This document shows, piece by piece, positions 1-9,948 of a DNA stretch of 64,000 bases. The DNA comes from Bacteroidota bacterium. Its GTDB lineage: Bacteria > Bacteroidota > Bacteroidia > Flavobacteriales > Flavobacteriaceae. The DNA lies in contig JBCCKH010000019.1 of assembly GCA_039027495.1 (NCBI GenBank), positions 16,921 through 80,920 of the forward strand, read 5' to 3'. The notes under the pieces were generated by a model, which was given only the letters and a program-made list of their open reading frames with translations, searched no databases and was not told the DNA's origin. The stretch's first letter is position 1. Each line of letters begins with the position of its first letter. The position numbers and the translations under genes were made by a program.

Positions 1-455
1 ATCCTCGCCTGACCGGGCGGGCAGGCAGTACGGAATGACACAATTCTGATTCGATCGCAAGGTCGACCTGAACTGCCTGCCCTCCAATCCGGAGGGGTTT
101 CAGGTTCTAATTCTAATGAAAACCCTAAAAATGATGCAGATAATAGATTCCGTATCAAGTACGGAATGACATTCAGGTCTTTTTTCATGCTGTCATTCCT
201 GCGACCACATGCCGCCCTATCTTTAGCGGTGGCGCAAAGCAGGAATCCACAAGGGTATCATAGATTCCGTATCGCACTTCGCCTTCATTTCGACTTCGCT
301 CAATGACCGAATGGAATGACAACCTTTTGATAATGGGTAAGTAGCTGAATGGTTGCTGAGCGTCTATCTTCCGAAGTCTCGTACGGAGGGACAGGGAGTC
401 GAAGCATAATTCAGCAGGACCGAACTGCTTGCCCTCCAATCCAGAGGGTTTCAGC
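1..455. repeat. Cluster of nested REP-like hairpin repeats (probably continues upstream of the window)
   Basis: AGATTCCGTATCAAGTACGGAATGAC at 145-170; GTCATTCCTGCG..GCAGGAATC at 192-247 with internal insert; CTGAACT[gcctgccctccaatccggaggg]GTTTCAG at 68-107 and a near copy at ~421-455; GCTGAGCG..GAGTCGAAG at ~355-404. The same motifs recur at 39.4, 41.1 and 43.0 kb. Confidence 0.85.
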
Positions 456-538
456 TTCTTTTTCAACTTCGTAAGAAACGACATTCAGAAAGGAGTGACA
501 TTTTTTACCTTTGGGGTCTAAACAGTAAACTCCATACT

Positions 539-1471
539 ATGAAACGACTCCTTTTAATGCTTTCCTTCGTCGGTTTGGCTACCAACCTACAAGCGCAAAC
601 GGCTGAAGAAATCAAGGCCGAAATGGCCCCTAAAAAAGATTCCATCGCTGCCATACAAGGTCGGGTTGATGCGTTACAAGCCCAGTTGGATGCCCTTCCG
701 GGTTGGAAAATTGGGGCTTTCGGTACCATTGGTGGTAGTATTTCCGAATTCAACAACTGGTTCGCCCAGGGTATACCGAACAACTCCTCAGGGAACATTG
801 GTTTTACCGTGAATGCGTTTGCCAACCTGCAAGAGGAAAAATTCTTTTGGCGCAATGCAGCCAACGTCAACTTGGCTTGGGTGAAGTTGGATGACCAAGA
901 CGACCCCACCGATGACGATGGTTTTCGCGAGGCTACTGATGTATTCAATATTACATCTCTTTATGGTAGAAAATTGAGCGAAAAGTTTGCGGTATCCACC
1001 TTAGCGGAATATCGAACCACACTTTTGAGTAATGTGAACAATCCGGGGTATTTGGATATTGGTATTGGTGCTACTTGGACCCCAATCAACAACTTGGTGG
1101 TAGTTATCCATCCGTTGAACTATAATTTCGTGTTTAGCGATGAGGATACCATTTTTGAATCTTCCTTGGGTGCGAAAATCGTGGCGGACTATACCCGTCA
1201 AATTGGAGCGGTAAGTTTCAAGAGTAACTTATCCATGTTCCAAAGCTATGAAAGTGGTGATTTGAGCAACTGGACATGGACCAATTCCTTCGCGTACACC
1301 CTTTGGAAAGTGATTGGGGTAGGATTCGATTTCGGACTCCGAAACAACAAGCAAGAAACCTTGAACTTTGTTCAGAATTTGGCCCCAACGCCCGACCCTG
1401 AAGCGACCTTCGATTCCATTGACAACGAACTACAAACCTATTGGACTTTAGGATTGAGCTACTCGTTCTAA
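539..1471 (+). CDS. DUF3078-family outer-membrane beta-barrel protein
   Basis: Signal peptide, short coiled N-terminus, alternating aromatic beta-strands, C-terminal LGLSYSF barrel signature. Confidence 0.75.
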   Translation: MKRLLLMLSFVGLATNLQAQTAEEIKAEMAPKKDSIAAIQGRVDALQAQLDALPGWKIGAFGTIGGSISEFNNWFAQGIPNNSSGNIGFTVNAFANLQEEKFFWRNAANVNLAWVKLDDQDDPTDDDGFREATDVFNITSLYGRKLSEKFAVSTLAEYRTTLLSNVNNPGYLDIGIGATWTPINNLVVVIHPLNYNFVFSDEDTIFESSLGAKIVADYTRQIGAVSFKSNLSMFQSYESGDLSNWTWTNSFAYTLWKVIGVGFDFGLRNNKQETLNFVQNLAPTPDPEATFDSIDNELQTYWTLGLSYSF

Positions 1472-1490
1472 AACCCAGTATTTCTTAAAG

Positions 1491-1518
1491 AAAAAAGCCC
1501 TCAATTTGAGGGCTTTTA
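1491..1518. terminator. Bidirectional intrinsic terminator
   Basis: AAAAAAGCCCTC-aattt-GAGGGCTTTT between convergent genes. Confidence 0.8.
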
Positions 1519-1732
1519 TATTTGGGGCGAACTGCGTTTAAGTATCTTGAAAACCACAGTCAAAAAGTAGGTTAAGTTTATGGTAGACTCGTGGTAACAC
1601 TAACACTTAAAAACAATTTGAAATTAGGTTTTCTGTGGCTAGACCTTAAATTTTTGTTGTGAACGCAGACAAAGTTGTGGTAGAAAAAGTCAAGCCTTGT
1701 CGTTCGTCGACATTCTTGACATTTTGTCTTTT

Positions 1733-2950
1733 TCAGGCGGAGAACCCATCCAGATTTTCAGGATATAAAAAATGATTGTACGGAAATCGGGTAATGTGAA
1801 TGTCTCGAACTTCTTTATACACCCTTTGCCGAAATTCATCCAAATTTTGTTTGTTTAAAGCAGAAATAAACAAGGCACGGTCACCCAGTTTGCCATACCA
1901 TGTATTTTTCCATTCGTCCAAAGTAAAATGTGCTGAGGTACGCTCGGCAACCAAATCGGTTTCGTCGTAATCTTCAGGACGGTATTGGTCGATTTTATTG
2001 AACACCATAATGGCCTTTTTGTCGGCACTTTCGATTTCATCCAAAATTTGATTTACAGAGGCAATATGTTCTTCAAAGTTGGGATGGGAAATATCTACTA
2101 CATGCAACAGCAAATCGGCTTCACGAACTTCATCCAAGGTGCTTTTGAAACTTTCTACCAGTTGCGTTGGCAATTTTCGGATGAACCCTACCGTATCACT
2201 CAACAAAAAAGGAAGGTTGCCAATAACGACTTTTCGCACCGTGGTATCCAAGGTGGCGAACAATTTGTTTTCGGCAAAAACATCACTTTTGCTAATAACA
2301 TTCATTAATGTGGATTTCCCCACGTTGGTATACCCCACCAAGGCGACCCGGACCAAAGCGCCGCGATTGCCGCGTTGGGTTTCCATTTGACGGTCTATTT
2401 TGACCAATCGCTTTTTGAGTAAAGCAATGCGGTCTCGAACAATCCGACGGTCGGTTTCAATCTCGGTTTCCCCTGGTCCGCGCATACCAATACCCCCCCG
2501 TTGTCGCTCCAAGTGCGTCCAGAGTCCAGTAAGGCGAGGCAGCAGATATTCGTATTGGGCGAGTTCCACTTGGGTGCGGGCATAACTGGTTTGGGCCCGT
2601 TGCGCAAAAATGTCAAGGATTAAACTGGTACGGTCCAGAATTTTGCACCGTAACAATTTCTCAATATTGTTTTGCTGGGTAGGGGAAAGCTCGTCGTCAA
2701 AAATCACTGAGCCAATGTCGTTCGATTTCACGTAGCGTTCTACTTCTTCCATCTTTCCACTACCGATATAGGTCTTTGGATTCGGAATTTCCACGCGTTG
2801 CACAAAACGCTTGGTAACCTCCCCGCCGGCGGTATAGGTCAAAAACTCGAGTTCATCCAAGTATTCCTTAACCTTTTCCTCATTTTGGTTCTTATTGATG
2901 ACTCCAATAAGCACCGCTTTTTCGTATGCAATGGCCTTTTTTTCTAGCAT
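1733..2950 (-). CDS. hflX: GTPase HflX
   Basis: GYTNVGKST P-loop, LFATLDTT, DTVGFI, GPGETEIETDRR motifs. Confidence 0.97.
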   Translation of the reverse strand: MLEKKAIAYEKAVLIGVINKNQNEEKVKEYLDELEFLTYTAGGEVTKRFVQRVEIPNPKTYIGSGKMEEVERYVKSNDIGSVIFDDELSPTQQNNIEKLLRCKILDRTSLILDIFAQRAQTSYARTQVELAQYEYLLPRLTGLWTHLERQRGGIGMRGPGETEIETDRRIVRDRIALLKKRLVKIDRQMETQRGNRGALVRVALVGYTNVGKSTLMNVISKSDVFAENKLFATLDTTVRKVVIGNLPFLLSDTVGFIRKLPTQLVESFKSTLDEVREADLLLHVVDISHPNFEEHIASVNQILDEIESADKKAIMVFNKIDQYRPEDYDETDLVAERTSAHFTLDEWKNTWYGKLGDRALFISALNKQNLDEFRQRVYKEVRDIHITRFPYNHFLYPENLDGFSA

Positions 2951-3057
2951 TCAAACCGTAGATTGTCTGCAAAGCTACGTAATGTTTTGAAAGCGTTTTT
3001 TGTATTTTCGATGAGAATCGTAGCCCTGTTAAGGCTTGTTGCTAACCTCACTTTATT

Positions 3058-3993
3058 TTGGACAACCGTTTCACTATAGCGTTTTACAATCTCGAGAACT
3101 TTTTTGATACGACCGATGACCCCCATACCTTGGATAACGATTTTACTCAAGGCGGGAAAAAGAATTGGAACGAAAACCGGTTCCGTAAAAAGACCAAGAA
3201 GATTGCCAATACCATTGCGCATATTGGTAAAGAAGAAAGTTCAATTCCTCCCGTTTTGGTCGGATTAGCGGAAGTGGAAAATGAAAATGTGCTGAATGCC
3301 CTTGTCAACACCAAAGCCTTGGAAGACATTCCTTATGATTGGGTGCACTTTGATTCCCCCGATGAAAGAGGGATTGATACCGCCTTACTGTACAACACCA
3401 ATCATTTTGAGGTTTTGGACGCAGAAATCGTCCCACTTTTCATTCATGAAGCAAATGGCGTACGCGACCATACCCGTGACATATTATATGTATATGGAAA
3501 GCTAAACGGAGAACCCGTTCATGTTTTTGTCAACCATTGGCCTTCGCGGAGGGATGGTGCAAAGGAAACCGAGTTCAAACGCCTAAAGGCTGCTGAAACC
3601 GTCTTGGGTAAAATCGATACGATTGATGAAGAAGTGTTCAACTGCATCGTGATGGGAGACTTTAATGATAATCCCACAGCAAAAAGCATTGAAACCTTGA
3701 TGGAATCACAACGATTCATCAATCCCATGCAAAGTTTGTTGTCTCGAAAAATGGGTAGTGCCAATTATAAAGGACAATGGAGTTTGTTCGACCAAATTAT
3801 TCTATCCCATAGCTTTTTGAATTTTGAACCGGGCACACATAACTATAAAGGCGCACAAATTTTCGCACCGAAATTTCTGCGAGAACGAAAAGGAAGGTAT
3901 AAAGGGACCCCATTTCGTACCTACGCCGGCAAAAAATACCTTGGGGGGTACAGCGATCACTTTCCCGTTTACGTAATTTTCCAGAAAAATTAA
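3058..3993 (+). CDS. Endonuclease/exonuclease/phosphatase family protein
   Basis: FYNLENFFD, LAEVEN, NHWPSRR, MGDFND, FDQI, YSDHFPV motifs; TTG start. Confidence 0.9.
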   Translation: MDNRFTIAFYNLENFFDTTDDPHTLDNDFTQGGKKNWNENRFRKKTKKIANTIAHIGKEESSIPPVLVGLAEVENENVLNALVNTKALEDIPYDWVHFDSPDERGIDTALLYNTNHFEVLDAEIVPLFIHEANGVRDHTRDILYVYGKLNGEPVHVFVNHWPSRRDGAKETEFKRLKAAETVLGKIDTIDEEVFNCIVMGDFNDNPTAKSIETLMESQRFINPMQSLLSRKMGSANYKGQWSLFDQIILSHSFLNFEPGTHNYKGAQIFAPKFLRERKGRYKGTPFRTYAGKKYLGGYSDHFPVYVIFQKN

Positions 3994-4145
3994 AAGAAAG
4001 AAAAGTACTACACCACATAAAATTCACCTTTCACAACAGCTCATCTGCAAACAGTGTGTAGTTCATCGAAATAAAAGGGTTTTTTATCGATGAAAATACG
4101 GCTAAAAATAAATTTGTAGTCCAAATCCTACCAAACCAAGGAATT

Positions 4146-6332
4146 ATGGACTATCCAAACTGGACCAAAACGCATTGCGGGCACCTTTTATTTTTCTGCG
4201 CTTTTGTCTTTTTTACATTCGGGTTTGCCCAAGAAATACATGTGTCATCTGTTGATGATGAACTTACCATTAAAGCGGATTTGTTCGCTGCAATAAAAGA
4301 CTTCAAATCTGAGAACGAAGTTACGCAAGCTAAGCTAGGTGTTTTGTTTTCGAATCACATGAAGTCTACTGAAAATGGTCGAGAGTTGGCGCTGGCTGAT
4401 TTGGGTGAAGACGGAACGCCACTTTTTTACACCACATACGCCAACATTTCCAGCTATGTTTCCAGAGCAAATTCCCTTTACACGGATGGGCTTTTGAATT
4501 TGGGATTGGATGGTGCAGGAATGCAGGTTGGCGTTTGGGATGCTGGCGTAGCGCTGAACTCCCACCAAGAATTCCAGAATCGGGTACGTTCTGGGGACGC
4601 TTCAGGTGATATTAGCAGCCATGCCACTTTAGTCACGGGCAATTTGGTGTCGACAGGGCTTAAACCTGATGCCAAAGGCGTTGCTTTTAAAGCCAACGCC
4701 ATCAGTCATGATTGGACGCGAGATAAAATAGAAGTCGCGGAAGCAGCTGCTCAAGGACTGCTGTTGAGCAACCATTCCTACGGGATTAAATCAGACCGTG
4801 TGCCGGATTGGTATTTCGGGTCCTATATCAAAGTTTCACAAGATTGGGATAAAATCATGTATAATGCGCCCTACTATCTTATGGTAACCGCGGCGGGCAA
4901 CGCACAACGTTCACGCGACAATGCATCGCCTATATTCGGACAAAGTGTAGATGGTTTTGATATGCTTTTGGGTTTTACAACAAGCAAAAATGGTATCACT
5001 GTCGGAGCCGCAAAAACAACTATCGGAAACCAAGGACAACTCAAACATGCAGATGTAAGTACCTATAGCAGCCTAGGACCGATTGACGACGGTCGCATCA
5101 AACCAGACTTGGTAGGAGACGGTGCTTCCATATTTTCAACAACCTCAAAAAACAATTCAAGCTACGGCACCTCAACGGGTACTTCGATGTCAGCGCCAGG
5201 AGTTACAGGAGCTCTGCTATTGCTACAGCAGTATGCCAAACAAAGCTTTGGCTCCTATGTAAGAGCGGCTACCATAAAAGGTTTGGCTTTACACACAGCT
5301 GATGATATAGGCGCAGCTGGACCAGATTACAAAATGGGATGGGGCGTCATGAACGCCATGAACGCTGCAAAAGTGATTCAGAACAACGGTTTTACATCAA
5401 TCATTGAAGAAAACACCTTGTTGGAAGGTGAGGAACATACCATCAACATTAAAGCGAACGGTAGCGAACTGTTGTTGATTTCCATTTCATGGACAGACCC
5501 CCAGGGCAACACGGTGAATTCAGGAATATTGAACGATCCTACCAAGGCCTTGGTCAACGATTTGGACATTCGTTTGGAAAAAAATGGAAAGGTCTTTCTG
5601 CCTTGGCGATTGAATCCAAAACAGGCAGCCGCCTCCGCTACCAGAGGAGACAATTCGGTTGATCCCTTTGAGCGCATAGATGTAGCCAATGCGCAAGGAG
5701 AATATACCTTGGTTATTTCCCATAAAGGAAGTCTTACCACTAGTGAGCAAGCCTATTCGCTAATCGTTTCGGGAGCAAAAGTCAATCAGTGTTCTGCTCA
5801 AGTTCCGGAGGAAGTGGGATTGGAATCCGCTTCGGAAAGTGAATTGTCAATTAGTTGGAAAGGCGTTCCCGATACGCTATATGAGGTGCAGTTCAAAGCA
5901 GCATCTGACGACTACTGGACTTCTTATTTTACTGAAGATGGCACACAGCAATTTGAAAATTTGGAAAGCGAAACCACCTATAACTTTCGCATCCGTTCCA
6001 TTTGTACGGAAAGTGTGGTCTCAGAATTTTCTGAAGAGTACACGTTTATTTTTAACGGAGAAAATACGGTTTTAGAAGAGAATAGTGTCTTCTCCATCGA
6101 TGACAATGTGCTTGAGATTGAAGTATTTCCTAACCCTGCTTCCGATTGGGTGACCATAAATTCAGCATATGCGCCAAATGCCATGTTCGCTTTGGTTTCC
6201 ACTTCAGGAAACACGTTACGCATGGGAAGCGTAACCGAAAAAATCAATGTTTCGGATTTAGCCTCAGGATTATACATTCTAATGGTGCAGGACCTCGAAG
6301 GTATCCGAAGCACCAAATTCTATAAAAAATAA
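4146..6332 (+). CDS. S8 (subtilisin-like) serine peptidase with FN3 domain and T9SS C-terminal sorting domain
   Basis: VWDAG (Asp), SHATLV (His), GTSMSAPG (Ser) triad; FN3-like YEVQFK..YNFRIRSIC; IEVFPNPASD...LASGLYILMV..KFYKK CTD. Confidence 0.92.
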   Translation: MDYPNWTKTHCGHLLFFCAFVFFTFGFAQEIHVSSVDDELTIKADLFAAIKDFKSENEVTQAKLGVLFSNHMKSTENGRELALADLGEDGTPLFYTTYANISSYVSRANSLYTDGLLNLGLDGAGMQVGVWDAGVALNSHQEFQNRVRSGDASGDISSHATLVTGNLVSTGLKPDAKGVAFKANAISHDWTRDKIEVAEAAAQGLLLSNHSYGIKSDRVPDWYFGSYIKVSQDWDKIMYNAPYYLMVTAAGNAQRSRDNASPIFGQSVDGFDMLLGFTTSKNGITVGAAKTTIGNQGQLKHADVSTYSSLGPIDDGRIKPDLVGDGASIFSTTSKNNSSYGTSTGTSMSAPGVTGALLLLQQYAKQSFGSYVRAATIKGLALHTADDIGAAGPDYKMGWGVMNAMNAAKVIQNNGFTSIIEENTLLEGEEHTINIKANGSELLLISISWTDPQGNTVNSGILNDPTKALVNDLDIRLEKNGKVFLPWRLNPKQAAASATRGDNSVDPFERIDVANAQGEYTLVISHKGSLTTSEQAYSLIVSGAKVNQCSAQVPEEVGLESASESELSISWKGVPDTLYEVQFKAASDDYWTSYFTEDGTQQFENLESETTYNFRIRSICTESVVSEFSEEYTFIFNGENTVLEENSVFSIDDNVLEIEVFPNPASDWVTINSAYAPNAMFALVSTSGNTLRMGSVTEKINVSDLASGLYILMVQDLEGIRSTKFYKK

Positions 6333-6412
6333 GACAATGCGATACGCTGAAATCGATATGAAACTTGTTGAAACGGAGTCCAAGCTTCCGCTTCGGAACC
6401 ATATTCGCTTTC

Positions 6413-7129
6413 TTAGAGTTTTTTTATTTCGGTTTCGGCAATAAGGGATTCGTTTCGCATTCGAAGGAACACTTGGGCCGTGGTAATTACATCCAATTCG
6501 CAATAGGTTACGATTCGGTCCAAATCGTTGTCATCATAAAAAACGGAGCGAACCATGCTGCCGTCCATATCTTCTTTTGGGGAGGGAATCTCCAAAACAT
6601 GGGCCAATAGCTTTAAAGAGGTGAAATTTTTATAATCACCGAATTTCCAGAGTTCCATAGTATCCAAATGGGGTACTTCCCAAGGTTTTTTACCAAATAA
6701 GTCCAGCTTGAAAGGTAAATCCAATCGGTTGATGAGCATTCTGCGTGCGATGTAGGGAAAGTCGAACTCCTTTCCGTTATGTGCGCAAAGCAAAAACTTG
6801 GGATGTTGATAATGTTCATCCAACAGGTTCTTGAACGCTTGCAAAAGCGTTTTCTCCTCACCATAAAAGGATTTGACCCTAAAATCCCGTGAATCTGCTT
6901 TCAGGTTGAAATACCCCACGGAAATACAGATAATTTTCCCGAACTCGGACCATATGCCCGCATTTTCATAGAATGCATCGGCTTCAATCTGGTCTTTGCG
7001 CTGGTATCGCGTTTTATGTTCCCAGAGGCTCTGGGTAAGTTCATCAACATCCGCATAGGAGGGAAGTTGTGGTACCGTTTCAATATCCAGAAATAGGATA
7101 TGGTCGAGTGGAATTTTTTGTATCCTCAT
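6413..7129 (-). CDS. PolB-like 3'-5' exonuclease family protein
   Basis: LFLDIETV (ExoI), AHNGKEFDFPY (ExoII), YCELDV (ExoIII). Confidence 0.88.
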   Translation of the reverse strand: MRIQKIPLDHILFLDIETVPQLPSYADVDELTQSLWEHKTRYQRKDQIEADAFYENAGIWSEFGKIICISVGYFNLKADSRDFRVKSFYGEEKTLLQAFKNLLDEHYQHPKFLLCAHNGKEFDFPYIARRMLINRLDLPFKLDLFGKKPWEVPHLDTMELWKFGDYKNFTSLKLLAHVLEIPSPKEDMDGSMVRSVFYDDNDLDRIVTYCELDVITTAQVFLRMRNESLIAETEIKKL

Positions 7130-7205
7130 AAACTGAAAAATAACAAATTAAGGCGCATTTCATACTTGTGGATTTATAAATCGTATATTGTAATTGATGA
7201 AAGCT

Positions 7206-8318
7206 ATGAAATCGAAAATCCATTTATGGATTTGTTTGTCGTTTCTTTTTTTGGGCTGTTCTAATGATGATAACAATAGCGAAACCGGCAACAGTGTATT
7301 TCCTGCGAGCTTTACTGTTATTGGAGAAGATCAGTCTCAAGTGTATCAATTCACCAGCCAGAACGGGTCTCAAATGGGGTCCAGCTCTAGTCTAACCGAG
7401 CAATTGGGCGTCCCTTCAAATTATCTTACCATAAGGCAAAACGACGAATATTTGTCGTTTTATACTTTTTCGGAGGATTCTTTCAGTTTATTTAGATGGA
7501 ATGTTGACCAATCAACAGGGGAAACGTTTGATTCGTTTTATACCGTTTCTACCCAGCGATCCATAGCATGGGGAATTGATTTGGATGATGTAGTGCTCTT
7601 CGGGTACTTTGGACCTTTTACGGCCAGAAATCTTTTTTTGCAAAGAGTGGATTTGGTGGAAGATAGTTTACGGGACATACCTATCGAAGACAATGTAATG
7701 TTGAGCTTTCAACCCCTTTTGCACAACCAAAAGCTCTATCTGTCTTTTCGAGATATGCAGGGTAACAATAAACTAGTACTTTATGATGAAGCCAATGACA
7801 GGCTTAGTCAGGTTTTGGACTTTGGCACAGCCCCATTCAGTTTTTTGGTCGCTGAAAATGATGAGATTGCCGTGATTCAAAACCTTCCTTCTCCTACCAT
7901 GGGATTCTATAACGGAGAAGATTTGACCCTTATCGAAGAAGTAGCTCTGCAAAGGAATTTTCCCCTTGAAATGGGTCCTATTCAAAACGCTTCAATTTTT
8001 GAAAATCGGTTCTATTATAATTTTGTATATCCCCAACCTGCTATACTTCCTGAGGGGCCTGCGGTATACGATTTGCAAACAGGAGAACATGGACTGATTG
8101 ATTTGGCTGGAATCTTAAGTGAGGTAGAAACGGAAGTGGGCCAAAATATAGAGGTCACTACCCAACGCTTTGATGAAGTAAGCAGGGTATTTTTAGTGGG
8201 TTTTGCCGCAACTTCGTCCAATACAATTAGCGGAGGCGTTGTACAAATATCAGAAGACGGAACCCGTTTTGAAATTTTTGAGTTTCCGTTTTTCCCTACG
8301 TATTTTGTTCGCAATTAG
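7206..8318 (+). CDS. Hypothetical lipoprotein, possibly beta-propeller
   Basis: Lipobox FLGC followed by acidic SNDDNN; beta-rich repeats. Start could be 7197. Confidence 0.7.
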   Translation: MKSKIHLWICLSFLFLGCSNDDNNSETGNSVFPASFTVIGEDQSQVYQFTSQNGSQMGSSSSLTEQLGVPSNYLTIRQNDEYLSFYTFSEDSFSLFRWNVDQSTGETFDSFYTVSTQRSIAWGIDLDDVVLFGYFGPFTARNLFLQRVDLVEDSLRDIPIEDNVMLSFQPLLHNQKLYLSFRDMQGNNKLVLYDEANDRLSQVLDFGTAPFSFLVAENDEIAVIQNLPSPTMGFYNGEDLTLIEEVALQRNFPLEMGPIQNASIFENRFYYNFVYPQPAILPEGPAVYDLQTGEHGLIDLAGILSEVETEVGQNIEVTTQRFDEVSRVFLVGFAATSSNTISGGVVQISEDGTRFEIFEFPFFPTYFVRN

Positions 8319-8785
8319 AATAAAGATTGTTGCTGAACAGGACTTTCAAAATCAAGGAGCCACTTTTTTCGCGATAATCCTCCGGCGTAACCCACTAAAT
8401 CGCCGTTACTCCCAATAACTCGATGACAAGGAACCACAATCCATAATGGATTTTTACCGTTAGCCGCAGCTACGGCTCGAATCGCTTTAGGATCACCTAA
8501 TGTTTTGGAAAGTTCTAGATAGGAAACCGTTTTTCCAAAGGGAATTTCTTGTAGTTGTTGCCAAACTTTCTTTTGAAATGTGGTGCCTTGGGGATTGAGC
8601 TTAAGGTCGAAGCGGGTACGCTTTTTATCAAAATACTCCTGAAATTGGTATACTGCATCTTCCAAAACCTCGGGAATAATGCCAACAGGCATCGTTTCGT
8701 CCAGAACTTTTATGCTGGCTAGGCCGTGTTCATCGCCTTTAAGCTCCGCAAGACCAATAGGGGTTTGAAAATAGGCAACTTCCAT
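8315..8785 (-). CDS. ogt: Methylated-DNA--protein-cysteine methyltransferase
   Basis: VPCHRVIG active site; RAVAAANGKNP helix-turn-helix. Confidence 0.95.
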   Translation of the reverse strand: MEVAYFQTPIGLAELKGDEHGLASIKVLDETMPVGIIPEVLEDAVYQFQEYFDKKRTRFDLKLNPQGTTFQKKVWQQLQEIPFGKTVSYLELSKTLGDPKAIRAVAAANGKNPLWIVVPCHRVIGSNGDLVGYAGGLSRKKWLLDFESPVQQQSLF

Positions 8786-9906
8786 CAGTCCATTTCAGTT
8801 TCCTCTTCAATAATGCCCAAGCGTTTGGCACGGGTCTTCCAATTCCGTCGGGCGAGTACTTGAAGGTCTTCTACATTGTCACTCTCGTCCATGATTTCGA
8901 GACCGAGCAGGGTTTCAATCACGTCCTCCATGGTTACCAAACCGCTTACCGAACCATATTCGTCTACCACTAAGGAAATGTGGTTTCGTTGTTCGACGAA
9001 TTTTTCAAACAAGTCGGGAATAGGTTTGGTTCGATTGGTCACCAAAATTTCCCGCTTTAAGGTAGAAAGCGGTTCCTTGCCTTGTTTATTGATAATGGCC
9101 TCCATCAACTCATCTTTGAGGAAAAAGCCCGTGATATTGTCGGCTCGTTCCTTGAACAAAGGAATTCTAGAGAAGCGTAAGGGACGGTTTTCATCAAAAA
9201 ACTGCTGGATGCTGGTTTCTTCGGAGGCTATTTTCATAACCGTTCGTGGGGTCATGACATCTTTGGCCAAAATTTCATCAAAACGCAACAGGTTCTTGAT
9301 AACTTTGGATTCCGATTCTTCAAAAACGCCTTCTTCATGGGCAATATCTGTCATGGCTGTAAAGTCTTCCCTGCTCAGTACGCTGCCGTGATGCCCTTTC
9401 TTACCAATGAGTTTGGTGAATAGTTGAAGCAGCCACAACAATCCGGTCCATTTTAAAATGAACACCATAATGTTTAGGGCTTTTGCCGTAAAGTTGGAAA
9501 GTTGTTTCCAATACGTAGCTCCAATCGTTTTTGGAATGATTTCGGAAGCGACCAAAATCAAAATGGTCATGATGGTGGAAACTACGCCGACCATAAGGTC
9601 TTCGGTAAATTCAATACCAAAGATGCTTCGGGTTTGGGTACCGTACAATTCTAAATAGGCAACTTTTGCTTGCACCCCAACTAAAATTGCGCCTACGGTA
9701 TGCGCTATCGTGTTTAAAGTTAGGATGGCAATGAGCGGTTTATCGACGTCCTTTTTTAGCGCTTCCAATTGTGCCGCGTATTCTTTCCCTTCTTGTTTTT
9801 TTACATTGAGGTAGGTAGGTGTAATGCTTAGTAGCACAGCTTCCAAAATGGAACACAAAAACGAAAAGAAGATGGATATAAAGGCATAGAAGAGGAGAAG
9901 TCCCAT
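8785..9906 (-). CDS. CNNM/DUF21 plus CBS domain protein (hemolysin/CorC-like)
   Basis: FSFLCSILEAVLLS N-terminal TM, SEIIPKTIG, VMTPR, VDEYGSVSGLVTMEDVIE. Confidence 0.92.
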   Translation of the reverse strand: MGLLLFYAFISIFFSFLCSILEAVLLSITPTYLNVKKQEGKEYAAQLEALKKDVDKPLIAILTLNTIAHTVGAILVGVQAKVAYLELYGTQTRSIFGIEFTEDLMVGVVSTIMTILILVASEIIPKTIGATYWKQLSNFTAKALNIMVFILKWTGLLWLLQLFTKLIGKKGHHGSVLSREDFTAMTDIAHEEGVFEESESKVIKNLLRFDEILAKDVMTPRTVMKIASEETSIQQFFDENRPLRFSRIPLFKERADNITGFFLKDELMEAIINKQGKEPLSTLKREILVTNRTKPIPDLFEKFVEQRNHISLVVDEYGSVSGLVTMEDVIETLLGLEIMDESDNVEDLQVLARRNWKTRAKRLGIIEEETEMD

Positions 9907-9948
9907 AGCTTAATTGGTTGATTTAAAAGTAGGGATATTTTTTTTGAA

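Noticed and set aside
185-484. 99-aa minus-strand ORF
   Set aside because: It lies entirely within the REP cluster, so it is most likely an incidental frame.
1491-1518. Terminator nearly identical to the one at 60626-60653
   Set aside because: Short GCCCTC/GAGGGC stems are ordinary terminators; two copies are not enough to call a repeat family.
1519-1732. Possible sRNA downstream of hflX
   Set aside because: Only one modest hairpin (GTCAAG..CTTGAC) is visible and no RNA family is recognisable.
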